Positions 17,736 to 27,230 of a stretch of 32,000 nucleotides of DNA are shown piece by piece. The DNA is taken from assembly GCF_042660085.1 (NCBI RefSeq), contig NZ_JBHSTI010000008.1, positions 1,239,876 to 1,271,875 on the forward strand, read 5' to 3'. A model generated the notes under the pieces. It saw only the letters and a list, made by a program, of their open reading frames with translations, did no database searches and was not told the origin of the DNA. Positions within the stretch are counted from its first letter, which is position 1. Each line of letters starts with the position of its first letter. Origin of the DNA: Longivirga aurantiaca (GTDB lineage Bacteria > Actinomycetota > Actinomycetes > S36-B12 > CAIYMF01). The position numbers were made by a program, and so were the translations under genes.

Positions 17736-19895
17736 TCAGCGGACGGCGGCCGCCTTGACGACGACGCTGTCGCGGACGGCCGGCCGCGCGAGCGACCCGG
17801 TCACGACCCAGACCTCGCGGGCGCTCCCCACCCGCACGGTGGTGCTGGCGACGGCGACGCGCACCTTCAGCAGCGCGCTGGCACCAGGGGCGAGCGCAGC
17901 GGTCCGGTACGTGCCGGCCGTCACCGCGGCTGTGACGTTGCGGTCGCCGTACCAGTAGCTGACGGCGAATCCGCCGCCGCTCGGGGTGCCGCGGACCGTC
18001 ATGGTGTCGGTGCGCTTGCCGTCGTTGACGATGCGGACGTAGGCGCTGCCCGCCTTGGTCGACCAGCTGAGCGAGATCGGCATCGTCATGCGCGTGGTCG
18101 TGTAGCTGTCGACGCCGAGCCAGGCGCCGCCGCTGACCTTGCGCACCTGGGCGTCGGGCCGGTAGGCGGCCGTCACCGTGTAGTGCAGGGTCTTGGTGGT
18201 GACGTTGCCGTCGCCGTCGGTGGCACGCACCGTGAGGGTGCGGGCGCCCGCCGTCCGGGTGTCGAGCGCGGCTCCCGACGCGACCGGTGCGGTGCAGGTG
18301 CGCAGGCCGGACCCGCCGCGGTCGGAGCAGGTGTAGTCGACCTTGACCACGGCGTCCTGCAGGAAGGTGGACCCCTCGAGCCCCGACGTGAACGCGACGG
18401 TCGGGGGCGTCGCGTCCGGCACAGGTGCGAGAGCGGCGCGGTACGTGAACCACGTGGCGGTCGGGTCGCGCAGCTCCCAGAGCAGAGTGCCGGCAGCGTT
18501 GACCTCGCTCGCCGTGGCATCGGTCTCGGACGCCCAGCCGATGAGCGTGTTCCCGTTGCTGAGGCGCAGGGCCGAGCCGGCGAACAGCGCATAGCGATCG
18601 GCCACCTCGTAGTTCCAGGCGATCGTCGCCTCGCCGGTCGCCTCGTCGATCGCCCACTCGGTGATCCGCGTGGGGATGTGTGCCACCGGTGCACCGGTGG
18701 GATCGGCCGGGTCGGTGCAGAGCTTGTTGGCCGTCCACGCGCCGTTGTCGAAGAGCAGGATGTTGCCGTTGGGCAGCTCGTCCGCCGTGTGCTGCGCACA
18801 CGGTCCGCCGTCCGGGTCGCCCGCCAGGTCGGTGAACGTGAAGTCGCTCAGCTTCCCGCCGAGCCGCCACACCACGTCGCCCACGCTGAAGCCGTCGTGC
18901 GCCGTGCGCGCGACCTTGAAGACCGAGCTGAGGTGCCGGAACGACATCAGGAGGTCGCCGTCGGCCATGACGTCGAACGAGTTGATGTGCGCGTAGTCGG
19001 TGGGGAACTGCGTGTTGGCTGCAACCGACTCGATTGCCGGGTTCACGTGGTCGGCGGAGTTCCACTCGAAGAGCACGTCGCCGTCGCTCGAGATGTGCTG
19101 CACCACGGAGTCGATGAGGCCGCTCACCGCGTTCGGCTCGTACGCCATGAGATAGCGGCTTCCGTCGGGCATGAGCAGCGAGTCGTGGCTGTCGGTGTCG
19201 ACGAGGCCGACGGTTCGGTATCGGTTGACCTCGCGGAACTGGGAGTCGAGCTCGACCACGTCGGTGCCGGTGCGGCCTTCGCCGTTCGTCGTGCGGCTGA
19301 CCGTCCAGCCGCCGCCGGGCTGCGCCTTGAGGTCCAGGGACTGCGTCGTCGTCTTCACGTACGACGGGACGCCGTTGCGGTCGACCGCAGCCTCGAAGAA
19401 CGGCCCGGGCGTGAGCCACTTGCCCAGGGTGAGCAGCACGTCGCCGGTGGCGAGGGCCGTGCTCGGCGTGATGTCGATCCGCTCCAGCGCCGGGAACTGC
19501 GCGGGCAGGTAGACGAGGGAGTGGCGTGCGGTGCCGGCGGCGTCGACGAAGAAGACGGCGATCTCGGCGCCCTCGGTGAGCCCTGTGACGGTCGTGCTGG
19601 CGCCCGTGAGCTTGCGGCCGTTGACGTACACGCTGCCGGCGGGGTCGCTGGTCGAGGCCGCGACGACCACGGTGCCCGCGGTGTCGGCGGTAGTGGTGAT
19701 GCCGTAGCGCGCGATGGCCGGATCGAACGCAGGGTAGGAGCCAACCCCGGTGCCGCTGACGGCGAGGGTGCGCACGGGCGTCGGATCGGCGGTGACGCCC
19801 ACGGCTCCGGCGGTGCCGGTAGAGACCACCGCGGGGAGGGGGAGGGCGACGACTGCGGCGAGGAGGGCGGCGATGCGCTTCACGGCTCGGGACAC
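17736..19895 (-). CDS. Secreted arylsulfotransferase (ASST)-like protein
   Basis: Signal peptide, then ...GWTVSRTTNGEGRTGTDVVELDSQFREVNRYRT...DSHDSLLMPDGSRYLMAYE...HINSFDVMADGDLLMSFRHLSSVFKV...ELPNGNILLFDNG, resembling ASST propeller motifs. C-terminal Ig-like segment. Confidence 0.82.
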   Translation of the reverse strand: MSRAVKRIAALLAAVVALPLPAVVSTGTAGAVGVTADPTPVRTLAVSGTGVGSYPAFDPAIARYGITTTADTAGTVVVAASTSDPAGSVYVNGRKLTGASTTVTGLTEGAEIAVFFVDAAGTARHSLVYLPAQFPALERIDITPSTALATGDVLLTLGKWLTPGPFFEAAVDRNGVPSYVKTTTQSLDLKAQPGGGWTVSRTTNGEGRTGTDVVELDSQFREVNRYRTVGLVDTDSHDSLLMPDGSRYLMAYEPNAVSGLIDSVVQHISSDGDVLFEWNSADHVNPAIESVAANTQFPTDYAHINSFDVMADGDLLMSFRHLSSVFKVARTAHDGFSVGDVVWRLGGKLSDFTFTDLAGDPDGGPCAQHTADELPNGNILLFDNGAWTANKLCTDPADPTGAPVAHIPTRITEWAIDEATGEATIAWNYEVADRYALFAGSALRLSNGNTLIGWASETDATASEVNAAGTLLWELRDPTATWFTYRAALAPVPDATPPTVAFTSGLEGSTFLQDAVVKVDYTCSDRGGSGLRTCTAPVASGAALDTRTAGARTLTVRATDGDGNVTTKTLHYTVTAAYRPDAQVRKVSGGAWLGVDSYTTTRMTMPISLSWSTKAGSAYVRIVNDGKRTDTMTVRGTPSGGGFAVSYWYGDRNVTAAVTAGTYRTAALAPGASALLKVRVAVASTTVRVGSAREVWVVTGSLARPAVRDSVVVKAAAVR

Positions 19896-19981
19896 GCGGG
19901 CAGCCTAAGTGCGTCCCGGCCCTGACGACGGCGTGTCACGCGACGGATCCAGGATGTGACCAGCTTGAGACCAGGGTGCGG

Positions 19982-22390
19982 TCAGCGACCTACCACGGAG
20001 GTCCGCTCGGATCGGGACAGCGCGAGGTCGAAGGGCCCCGCCGGGGCGAGGTCGAACGGCCCGGCGGCCGCGAGGTCGGCCGCAGCGGCCAGGGGGAGCG
20101 GGCGGCTGAACAGGTAGCCCTGGGCGAAGTCGCAGCCGAGGTCACGGACGGCGGTCGCGCTCGGCCAGTCCTCGACGCCTTCGGCGATGACCGAGAGGTC
20201 CATCGCGTGGGCCATGGCCACCACACCGGCGACCAGTGCGCGCGAGCGCGGGTCGTGCAGCTCGGCGACGAACATCTTGTCGATCTTCAGGACGTCCACC
20301 GGGAGGCGGTGGAGGTAGCCGACGGACGAGTAGCCGATGCCGAAGTCGTCGATCGCGAGTCGCACACCGCCCTGCTTGAGACCGGTGAGCGCGGCGACGG
20401 TCGGCAGGTCGTGGCCGAGGAGCATGCCCTCGGTCAGCTCGAGCACGAGCGGCACCTCGGGGTCGAGGTCGCGCAGCTCGCGCACCCGCTCGGCGAGGGT
20501 CTCGTCCGTGACCTGCATGGGGGAGAGGTTGACGCCGAGAGCGATGGGGCGGCCGGCACGCGCCGCCAGCGTGCGCCCGCCCGCGTGCGCCTGCTCGAGG
20601 ATCTGCCGGCCGAGCTGACGGATCAGGCCCGTGCGCTCGGCCGCGGGGATGAAGCGGTCGGGACCGATGTGGCCGAGTGTCGGGTGCGTCCAGCGGGCCA
20701 GCGCCTCGAAGCCGTCGATCAGCCCGGTGCGCAGGTCGACCACGGGCTGGAAGTGCACGGTGATCTGCTCGTCCCGGACCGCGAGCCGCAGCGCGTCCTC
20801 GAGCTCGAGCCGGTCGATCTCCTCGCTGCGCATCGACGGCTCGAACCGGGCGACGGTGCCCTTGCCGCGCGACTTGGCGGCGTACATCGCGGTGTCGGCG
20901 TTGTTGATCAGGTCCGACGCCGTCGTCGGGCCGGCGCCCGTGAACGTGATGCCGATGCTCACCTGCACCATCAGCTCCTGGCCGGCGGTGTCGAACGGCG
21001 CCTCGAGGGCGGCGGTCAGCCGCTCGGCGATGAGGAAGGCCTGGGACTCATCGGTGAGGTCGTCGAGCAGCACCCCGAACTCGTCGCCGCCGAGGCGGGC
21101 AGCGACGTCGCCCGGGCGCAGGCACTCGAGGATCCGGTGCGCCACCAGCAGCAGCAGGTCGTCGCCGACCCGGTGGCCGAGCCTGTCGTTGATGCCCTTG
21201 AAGCCGTCGAGGTCGCAGTAGAGGACGGCGAGCAGCCCCGACGGGTGCCGACCGTCGATGGCGGCGGTCAGCCGGTCGCTGAACACCGCGCGGTTGTGCA
21301 GGCCGGTGAGCGCGTCGTGGCGGGCGAGGAAGGTGGTCTCGTCCGAGAGCCGGCGTCGCTGGAACGCCGACGTGCCGACTGCGGTGAGCGTCTCGAGCGC
21401 GGCGCGGTCCTGCTCGGTGAACTCCCGGCCGGACGACTGCGCGCGGACGACGAGATGGCGCGTCGTCCCGTCGTCGAAGGTGATGGGGGAGCCGATCTCC
21501 TCGTCGGACGGCGGCTCCACGCGCAGGGTCGCGGTCGTCGAGCGCAGGGTGCGCTCGGCCTGCTGCACGAGCGAGTGCTCGATCTGGTCGTCGGTCAGCC
21601 AGTCCGGGGCCTGGGTCGCGGCCTCGAGCAGCCCGGTGAGCCGGCGCTGGGCGAGGCGGTTCTCGCTGACCGAGCGGACCGCGACAAGGATCGTCGCGAC
21701 GGGCACGAGCAGCAGGATCAGCGTCCACGTCGGGTGGTCCTCGACGAGGATCGCCGCGAGGTAGCCGAGCGTGTCGACGCTGACGAAGCAGGCGAGTCCG
21801 AGCGGCACCGAGCCCCAGCGCAGCACCGTGCTGATGGAGCAGCCGTCCTCGATCGCGATCGAGACGGCCGTGACGACCAGGTCGAAGGTGAAGTAGACGG
21901 CGCACGCGACCATCACCGACGCGAGCTGCCACGCGGGGTACTCGGGCCCGGGATCGGTGACCGCGACGATCAGCACGAACAGCGCGCCGCCGAGGATCGT
22001 CAGGCCGACGTTGAAGATGCGCGCGCGCCAGGACTTCTGCTGGGTGAGCATCGCGAGCGCTGTCGCGATCGACCACAGCGACAGCGCGTGCATCGGCGAC
22101 TCGGTGAGCACGAGGTACACGAGGACGCAGGTCTCGAAGCCGATGACGATGTCGCCCGACTGGTGCGTCAGCGTCAGGGGGAAGCGGGACATCACGAAGA
22201 CGAGGAGCACCGCGATGACACCGGTGGGCGCGAGGTCGATGCCCTCGCCGGCCCAGATCAGGACGCTGGAGACGGCGACGAGTACGCCCACGACGAAGAT
22301 GGCCACGTCGAGGGCAGCCGCTACCGCGGTGCGGCTCATGCGTGGGCTGGCCACGGTCACCCCCGTCACCGTTCGGTGGACAGTCGTCAT
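19982..22390 (-). CDS. Membrane-anchored GGDEF-EAL protein (c-di-GMP synthesis/hydrolysis)
   Basis: N-terminal hydrophobic helices, RLGGDEFGVLLDDL (GGDEF), FEALARWTHPTLG (EALxRW), IAIDDFGxGYSS-type motif (LAIDDFGIGYSSVGYL), DGFKGINDRLGH. Confidence 0.94.
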   Translation of the reverse strand: MTTVHRTVTGVTVASPRMSRTAVAAALDVAIFVVGVLVAVSSVLIWAGEGIDLAPTGVIAVLLVFVMSRFPLTLTHQSGDIVIGFETCVLVYLVLTESPMHALSLWSIATALAMLTQQKSWRARIFNVGLTILGGALFVLIVAVTDPGPEYPAWQLASVMVACAVYFTFDLVVTAVSIAIEDGCSISTVLRWGSVPLGLACFVSVDTLGYLAAILVEDHPTWTLILLLVPVATILVAVRSVSENRLAQRRLTGLLEAATQAPDWLTDDQIEHSLVQQAERTLRSTTATLRVEPPSDEEIGSPITFDDGTTRHLVVRAQSSGREFTEQDRAALETLTAVGTSAFQRRRLSDETTFLARHDALTGLHNRAVFSDRLTAAIDGRHPSGLLAVLYCDLDGFKGINDRLGHRVGDDLLLLVAHRILECLRPGDVAARLGGDEFGVLLDDLTDESQAFLIAERLTAALEAPFDTAGQELMVQVSIGITFTGAGPTTASDLINNADTAMYAAKSRGKGTVARFEPSMRSEEIDRLELEDALRLAVRDEQITVHFQPVVDLRTGLIDGFEALARWTHPTLGHIGPDRFIPAAERTGLIRQLGRQILEQAHAGGRTLAARAGRPIALGVNLSPMQVTDETLAERVRELRDLDPEVPLVLELTEGMLLGHDLPTVAALTGLKQGGVRLAIDDFGIGYSSVGYLHRLPVDVLKIDKMFVAELHDPRSRALVAGVVAMAHAMDLSVIAEGVEDWPSATAVRDLGCDFAQGYLFSRPLPLAAAADLAAAGPFDLAPAGPFDLALSRSERTSVVGR

Positions 22391-22523
22391 CGGTGATGTC
22401 GACCTGTACGGCGGAGACCTTGAGCAGCGCCCGGACGGGCGGACCGGCCCCGATGGTCCGGGACCAGGGTGCCCGGGCGTGTGGCGGGTTGCCTGCCGAG
22501 CGGCGAACCGACCGGTGAGCGGA

Positions 22524-23273
22524 CTAGGAGCCGCGGACGACCGTGGCACGGGGCGCGGCGGACACGGCCGCGGCCGCGAGGCCCTCCGCGCCCGCGGCGA
22601 GGGCGGCAGGGGCGGCGCCGGCGCTGGCGCTGGCGGCGGCCTCGCGCAGGATCACCCAGACGGCGCGGACGTCCTCCGTGCCGCGGTTCTCGAGCCGGTG
22701 CGGCTCGGAGGCGTCGAACGTGACGGTGTCGCCCGGGTGCAGGGTCCAGGTGTCGAACATGTGGTGGAAGGTGAGCTCGCCGGACTCGATGTAGGCGCAC
22801 TCGAAGCCCTGGTGCTGCGAGAACTTCCCGGACTTGCCCGAGCTGCTCCCGGGCGCGTACGTCACGAGGATGAACTCGAGGCCGGCCGGGGCGGCGTTGG
22901 AGAGCTTCTCCCAGGTGACGCCGGACTCGAGCTCGATCGTCACGCGCTCGCCGGGCACGAGCACGGGCCCGCGGGGCGCCGCCGACGCGGGCCTGCTGGA
23001 GGCGGCCCGGGGGCCAGGCGTGGGCTGACCGGACCCGGACGACGTGACCGACGCGGCGGGGGGATCGCCGGCCGGGTTCTCGAACAGGTCGTCGAGGGTG
23101 AGGCCGAGCTCGTTGACGAGCTTGTACAGGGTGGCCACCGAGGCTCGGCAGCGGTCGTTCTCGACCTGGGAGAGCATGCTCGCCGACACCCCGACGCGGC
23201 TGCCGAGCTCGCGCAGCGAGAGCCCGAGCTCGCGTCGGCGCGCCCGAAGACGCGGCCCTGCGGCTGCCTGCAT
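22524..23273 (-). CDS. XRE-type HTH transcriptional regulator with C-terminal cupin domain
   Basis: HTH LRARRRELGLSLRELGSRVGVSASMLSQVENDRCRASVATLYKLVNELGLTLDDLF; cupin HQGFECAYIESGELTFHHMFDTWTLHPGDTVTFDASEPHRLENRG. Confidence 0.9.
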   Translation of the reverse strand: MQAAAGPRLRARRRELGLSLRELGSRVGVSASMLSQVENDRCRASVATLYKLVNELGLTLDDLFENPAGDPPAASVTSSGSGQPTPGPRAASSRPASAAPRGPVLVPGERVTIELESGVTWEKLSNAAPAGLEFILVTYAPGSSSGKSGKFSQHQGFECAYIESGELTFHHMFDTWTLHPGDTVTFDASEPHRLENRGTEDVRAVWVILREAAASASAGAAPAALAAGAEGLAAAAVSAAPRATVVRGS

Positions 23274-23476
23274 GGCTCCTGCCCCCTCGCGGGTCGTCCC
23301 GGGGGCGCGCCGCGCCCCGACGTTCATCGGCACTGTACTGCACGGGCGCTGGCGACGGCGGGGTCCGACCCGCGTGATCACGCTCAACGGCACGCCCGAG
23401 GCCCCGGCGGTGAGCCTCGGGGAGCCCGTCGCGCAGGCTCCTCCCAGAACATTGCTGAACACTTGTAAAGAAATAC

Positions 23477-23505
23477 TTGACGCTCTCGGACCGCCTCCTT
23501 AGTCT
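23477..23505 (+). promoter_or_regulatory. Putative sigma70-type promoter of the SDR-bicupin operon
   Basis: TTGACG-17 nt-TAGTCT. A good RBS (gcaggagg) lies just upstream of the GTG start at 23554. Confidence 0.6.
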
Positions 23506-23553
23506 CGCGGGGACGCCGCCCTCTGTCGGAGGGCGCTGCAGCAGGAGGATCCC

Positions 23554-24258
23554 GTGGGAGAGCACACCAGGCAGGGCACCGCCGTCATCCTCGGCGGGAC
23601 GTCGGGCATCGGGCGCGAGCTCGCCGCACGGCTCGCGGCGGACGGGATGTCGGTCGTCATCTCGGGGCGCGACGCCGACCGCGCGCAGTCGGTCGCCGCG
23701 GAGATCGGACCCACCGTCCGCGGCATCGCCCTCGACCTCGCGGAGCCGGCCTCCATCGCCGCCGCCCTGTCGGACGTCGAGAGCGTCGACCACCTCGTGG
23801 TGGCCGCCATCGAGCGCGACGCCAACGGCATCAAGGAGTACGACGTCGCCCGCGCGACGCGCCTCGTCACGCTCAAGCTGGTCGGGTACGCCGAGGCCGT
23901 CCACGTCCTGCACGACCGCTTCACCCCGAGCGCCTCGATCGTGCTGTTCGGCGGCCTCGCGATGCTGCGCCCCTACCCGGGCTCGACCACGGTCACCACC
24001 GTCAACGGCGGCATCAGCTCGATGGTGCGCACGCTCGCCAGCGAGCTCGCACCCGTACGCGTCAACGCGCTCCACCCGGGCATCGTCGGAGACAGCCCGG
24101 AGTGGAAGGAGAAGAGCCTCGACCTCGTGGTCTCGCGCACGCCCATCGGCCGGACCGTGACGATGGACGAGATCGTCGGTGCCACGCTCTTCCTTCTCGA
24201 CAACGGAGGCGTCAACGCGGTCAACCTCATGGTCGACGGCGGGACCATGGTTCGCTGA
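23554..24258 (+). CDS. SDR-family protein, atypical (no canonical YxxxK)
   Basis: Cofactor motif GGTSGIGRE, DL/NNAG-equivalent region, and ELAPVRVNALHPGIV, but PGSTTVTTVNGGISSMV where YxxSK is expected. Confidence 0.87.
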   Translation: MGEHTRQGTAVILGGTSGIGRELAARLAADGMSVVISGRDADRAQSVAAEIGPTVRGIALDLAEPASIAAALSDVESVDHLVVAAIERDANGIKEYDVARATRLVTLKLVGYAEAVHVLHDRFTPSASIVLFGGLAMLRPYPGSTTVTTVNGGISSMVRTLASELAPVRVNALHPGIVGDSPEWKEKSLDLVVSRTPIGRTVTMDEIVGATLFLLDNGGVNAVNLMVDGGTMVR

Positions 24259-25163
24259 TGTACCACGTCACGCGGATCGACGAGACGCAGAACGTGCTGC
24301 CGGCGGCGTACGCCGACCGCTCGAAGGGCTTCTCGCGCCAGCAGCTCGTCGGCAAGTCCGAGGGCTCGCCGCACATGGGCCTGTACGTCTGCGCCCTCGA
24401 GCCGGCGGGGCACGTCGAGGCGGTGGTGCACTCGTTCGAGGTCAGCATGTACGTGCTGTCCGGCGAGCTCGTCGTCACGATGCTCGGCGCGTCGACCACG
24501 CTCGGCGCCGACGACTGCATCGCGGTGCCCGTCGGCGTCACGTACTCCGTGCGCGCAGGCCGTGGCCCGGTGTCGTGGCTGCTCATGAGTGCGCCGGCGC
24601 CGTTCGAGGACACGCGTCGTACCGACACGTTCTTCACCGGCGAGCAGCTCGAGGCCGCGGCCTCGCCCGCCACCGATGTGCGGGACCCGCGCAACCAGAG
24701 CGCGTTCCGCTTCGACCCCGCGTCGATGGACCTCGACAACCTCGCCGTCGGCTCCCAGGTGGACGCGCCCCAGGTGTCGGCCAGCATGGCGACGGCGCTG
24801 CTCGCCTACAGCGGCATCGGCGTGCGGATGCTCGTCGACCAGCGGCTGCGCGCGCAGCTGCACACGATGTTCATGGTGCAGTACCAGCCCACCGCCATCG
24901 CCCACCCGCACGACCACCCCTTCGAGGAGGCGTACGTGATGGTCCAGGGCGAGGTGCACGCGCTCGTCGAGGGCGACGAGCTCGTCCTGCGGCCCGGCGA
25001 CGTGCTCTGGGCCGGCGTGGGTGCCGACCACGGGTTCCACAACCGCGGGAGCGGCCTGGTGCGCTGGATCGAGACGCAGGCGCCGCAGCCTCCGGCCCAG
25101 CACTCCTACCGGTTCAACAGGGACTGGGAGTACCTCGCGCAGGTGATCGAGAGCGGCGGCTGA
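24258..25163 (+). CDS. Two-domain cupin protein ((S)-ureidoglycine aminohydrolase-like)
   Basis: Start codon overlaps the SDR stop (ATGA). Second cupin HPHDHPFEEAYVMVQGEVHALVEGDELVLRPGDVLWAGVGADHGFHNRG; first-domain core VHSFEVSMYVLSGELVVTM. Confidence 0.85.
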   Translation: MYHVTRIDETQNVLPAAYADRSKGFSRQQLVGKSEGSPHMGLYVCALEPAGHVEAVVHSFEVSMYVLSGELVVTMLGASTTLGADDCIAVPVGVTYSVRAGRGPVSWLLMSAPAPFEDTRRTDTFFTGEQLEAAASPATDVRDPRNQSAFRFDPASMDLDNLAVGSQVDAPQVSASMATALLAYSGIGVRMLVDQRLRAQLHTMFMVQYQPTAIAHPHDHPFEEAYVMVQGEVHALVEGDELVLRPGDVLWAGVGADHGFHNRGSGLVRWIETQAPQPPAQHSYRFNRDWEYLAQVIESGG

Positions 25164-25181
25164 ATCCTCAGGAGCAGCACG

Positions 25182-25217
25182 ACGGAGGCCGGCGAGCAGG
25201 TGCTCGCCGGCCTCCGT
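25182..25217. terminator. Bidirectional hairpin terminator between convergent genes
   Basis: ACGGAGGCCGGCGAGCA-GG-TGCTCGCCGGCCTCCGT, 17-bp perfect inverted repeat. Confidence 0.85.
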
Positions 25218-25232
25218 GATCGCTCGGGCGAT

Positions 25233-26705
25233 CTACTCGTCGTGCGCCTCGGCGGCGCCGATCTCGTGGTCGCTGTACTGGTAGGGGTTGTCGAAGAGCT
25301 CGTCGGGCGCGAGCTCGGGGTTCATGCCGTTGACCCACTTCTCGTCGCCGAGGGCCTGCATCAGGTGGTCGACGGTCTGCCCGACGACCTCGCGGGCCTT
25401 GGCGACCTTGTCGGCCGCACCGACGAGCCGGCCGTCGTGCTTGAGGACCTTGCCCTTGACGAGGACGGAGTGCACGTCGCCGCGGGTGGCCTGGTAGACC
25501 ACGTGGCCGTACGGGTTGAGCACCGGGAACATCGCCGGCGACGCGTCGTTCTTGATCAGCACCACGTCGGCCTGCTTGCCGACCTCGAGGCTGCCGACCT
25601 TGTCACCGAGCCCGAGCGCGCGGGCACCGCCGATGGTCGCCCACTCCACGACCGTCTCCGCACGCAGCGGGTGGTTGACGACCGTCTCGCCCTTCTCGTG
25701 GGCGGCCATGTGCACGCGCACCCGATCGGCGTTGAGGGTGCCGCGCATGGCCGAGAACAGGTCGGCGCTCCACCACACGCTCGTGTCCATCGACAGCGAC
25801 ACGGGGACGCCGTACTTGCGGAGCTGCCAGGTGGGCGGGTAGCCCTGCCCCGCGCTGCACTCGCTCTCGGTCGACACCGACGCGTGGCCGCCGGACGCCG
25901 CGATGCGGTGGTAGGAGTCCGCCGACAGCGTGGTCGAGTGGACGTAGATCTGGCCCGGCGTCATGAAGCCGTTGTCGTGCATGAGCTGGATGCTCTCGTC
26001 CTTGGTGATCGCCCAGACGCCGGCGTGCGTCGTGACCGGGACGCCGAGCTCGCGGGCGGCCTCGAAGGCCGCCTTCTCCGGGAACGTCGGGTCGCCCGTG
26101 ACGTCGAAGGCGAGCTGGAAGCCGAGCATGTCGTTCGACGGGTCGATGCGACGTCGTACGAAGTCGCGGAACTCGGGGGAGTTCGACCACTCCCAGGGGC
26201 CCTGCTGGATGTTGCCGTAGGCGAGCACGAACCGGCCCGGCACCTCCTCGAGGGCGTCGAGCGCGGCGTCGGCGTGCTCGGTGCTCTGCAGACCGTGCGA
26301 CCAGTCGACCGACGTCGTGACGCCGGCGTCGACGGCCTCGACGGCGCTGAGCAGGTTGCCGGCGTACACGTCCTCGGGGCGGAAGGACTTGCCCCACTCG
26401 AGGTAGTACCAGACGAAGTACTGCGTGAGGGTCCAGTCGGCGCCGTAGCCGCGCATGGCGGTCTGCCACATGTGGCGGTGCGTATCGATCATGCCCGGCA
26501 TGACGATGCCGCCGGAGGCGTCGATCTCGACGGTGCCCTCGGGCACGGCGAGGTTCGGCCCGATCGCCGCGATGGTCTCGCCGACGACGAGCACATCGGC
26601 ACCTGCGAGAACCGTCTTGCTGTCGTTCATCGTGAGCACGGTGCCGCCGCGCAGGACCACCGCAGGGGCGGCCGCGAACGTACCGGGGTCGGGGGTCGAG
26701 GTCAT
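25233..26705 (-). CDS. Amidohydrolase of the ATZ/TRZ-like family
   Basis: GIVMPGMIDTHRHMWQTAMRG (HxH metal ligands), VPVTTHAG, SLSMDTSVWWSADLF, GSLEVGKQADVVLIK. Confidence 0.92.
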   Translation of the reverse strand: MTSTPDPGTFAAAPAVVLRGGTVLTMNDSKTVLAGADVLVVGETIAAIGPNLAVPEGTVEIDASGGIVMPGMIDTHRHMWQTAMRGYGADWTLTQYFVWYYLEWGKSFRPEDVYAGNLLSAVEAVDAGVTTSVDWSHGLQSTEHADAALDALEEVPGRFVLAYGNIQQGPWEWSNSPEFRDFVRRRIDPSNDMLGFQLAFDVTGDPTFPEKAAFEAARELGVPVTTHAGVWAITKDESIQLMHDNGFMTPGQIYVHSTTLSADSYHRIAASGGHASVSTESECSAGQGYPPTWQLRKYGVPVSLSMDTSVWWSADLFSAMRGTLNADRVRVHMAAHEKGETVVNHPLRAETVVEWATIGGARALGLGDKVGSLEVGKQADVVLIKNDASPAMFPVLNPYGHVVYQATRGDVHSVLVKGKVLKHDGRLVGAADKVAKAREVVGQTVDHLMQALGDEKWVNGMNPELAPDELFDNPYQYSDHEIGAAEAHDE

Positions 26706-26993
26706 CGCTCTCCTTCGAGAGGGCGCCGCGTCGCGGCGTGCTGGGGGTGGCCCGGCGAGGTGCGGACCCTCGACGGCTTGGAGCAAACATGAGGGGGGCT
26801 GAACGCACTGTCAAGGGATTCTGTGCAGTATTTCTGAACTTCCTGGGGGTATGGCGCGGGCCGTCACCGCGGCCGGCAGGGCGTGCGTCCAGTACGGATT
26901 CACAGCGGCGGTACGACCCAGGACGCGATTCGGGCGCGGCACCCGCCGTTCCTCACGTTCCCCCCGACCTCGGCCGGGCAGTAGCGTCTCGGC

Positions 26994-27188
26994 ATGGCCA
27001 AGACCAAGAACGACGCACGCGAGGAGTGGGCCGCGGCCGAGGAGGAGTACCGCAAGGTCATCGAGCCCTACGCCACCGGCTTCGGTGCCGAGCCGATCGA
27101 CCGCGCCACCCTCGTCGTCATCGCCAAGGCGCGCAGCAAGGCCGAGCGCTGCCTGGACGCCTACGTGCGGCGCGTCCTCGGCACCTGA
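26994..27188 (+). CDS. Small hypothetical protein (64 aa)
   Basis: MAKTKNDAREEWAAAEEEYRKVIEPYATGFGAEPIDRATLVVIAKARSKAERCLDAYVRRVLGT. Helical, lower-Arg composition unlike spurious GC-rich ORFs. Confidence 0.7.
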   Translation: MAKTKNDAREEWAAAEEEYRKVIEPYATGFGAEPIDRATLVVIAKARSKAERCLDAYVRRVLGT

Positions 27189-27230
27189 TCGGCACCCGGT
27201 GCCGGTGCTGGGAGACCACCTGGGAGGCTT

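Noticed and set aside
19976-22396. 806-aa plus-strand ORF opposite the GGDEF-EAL gene
   Set aside because: Antisense shadow ORF rich in Arg/Glu/His with no domain. The opposite strand carries clear GGDEF and EAL motifs.
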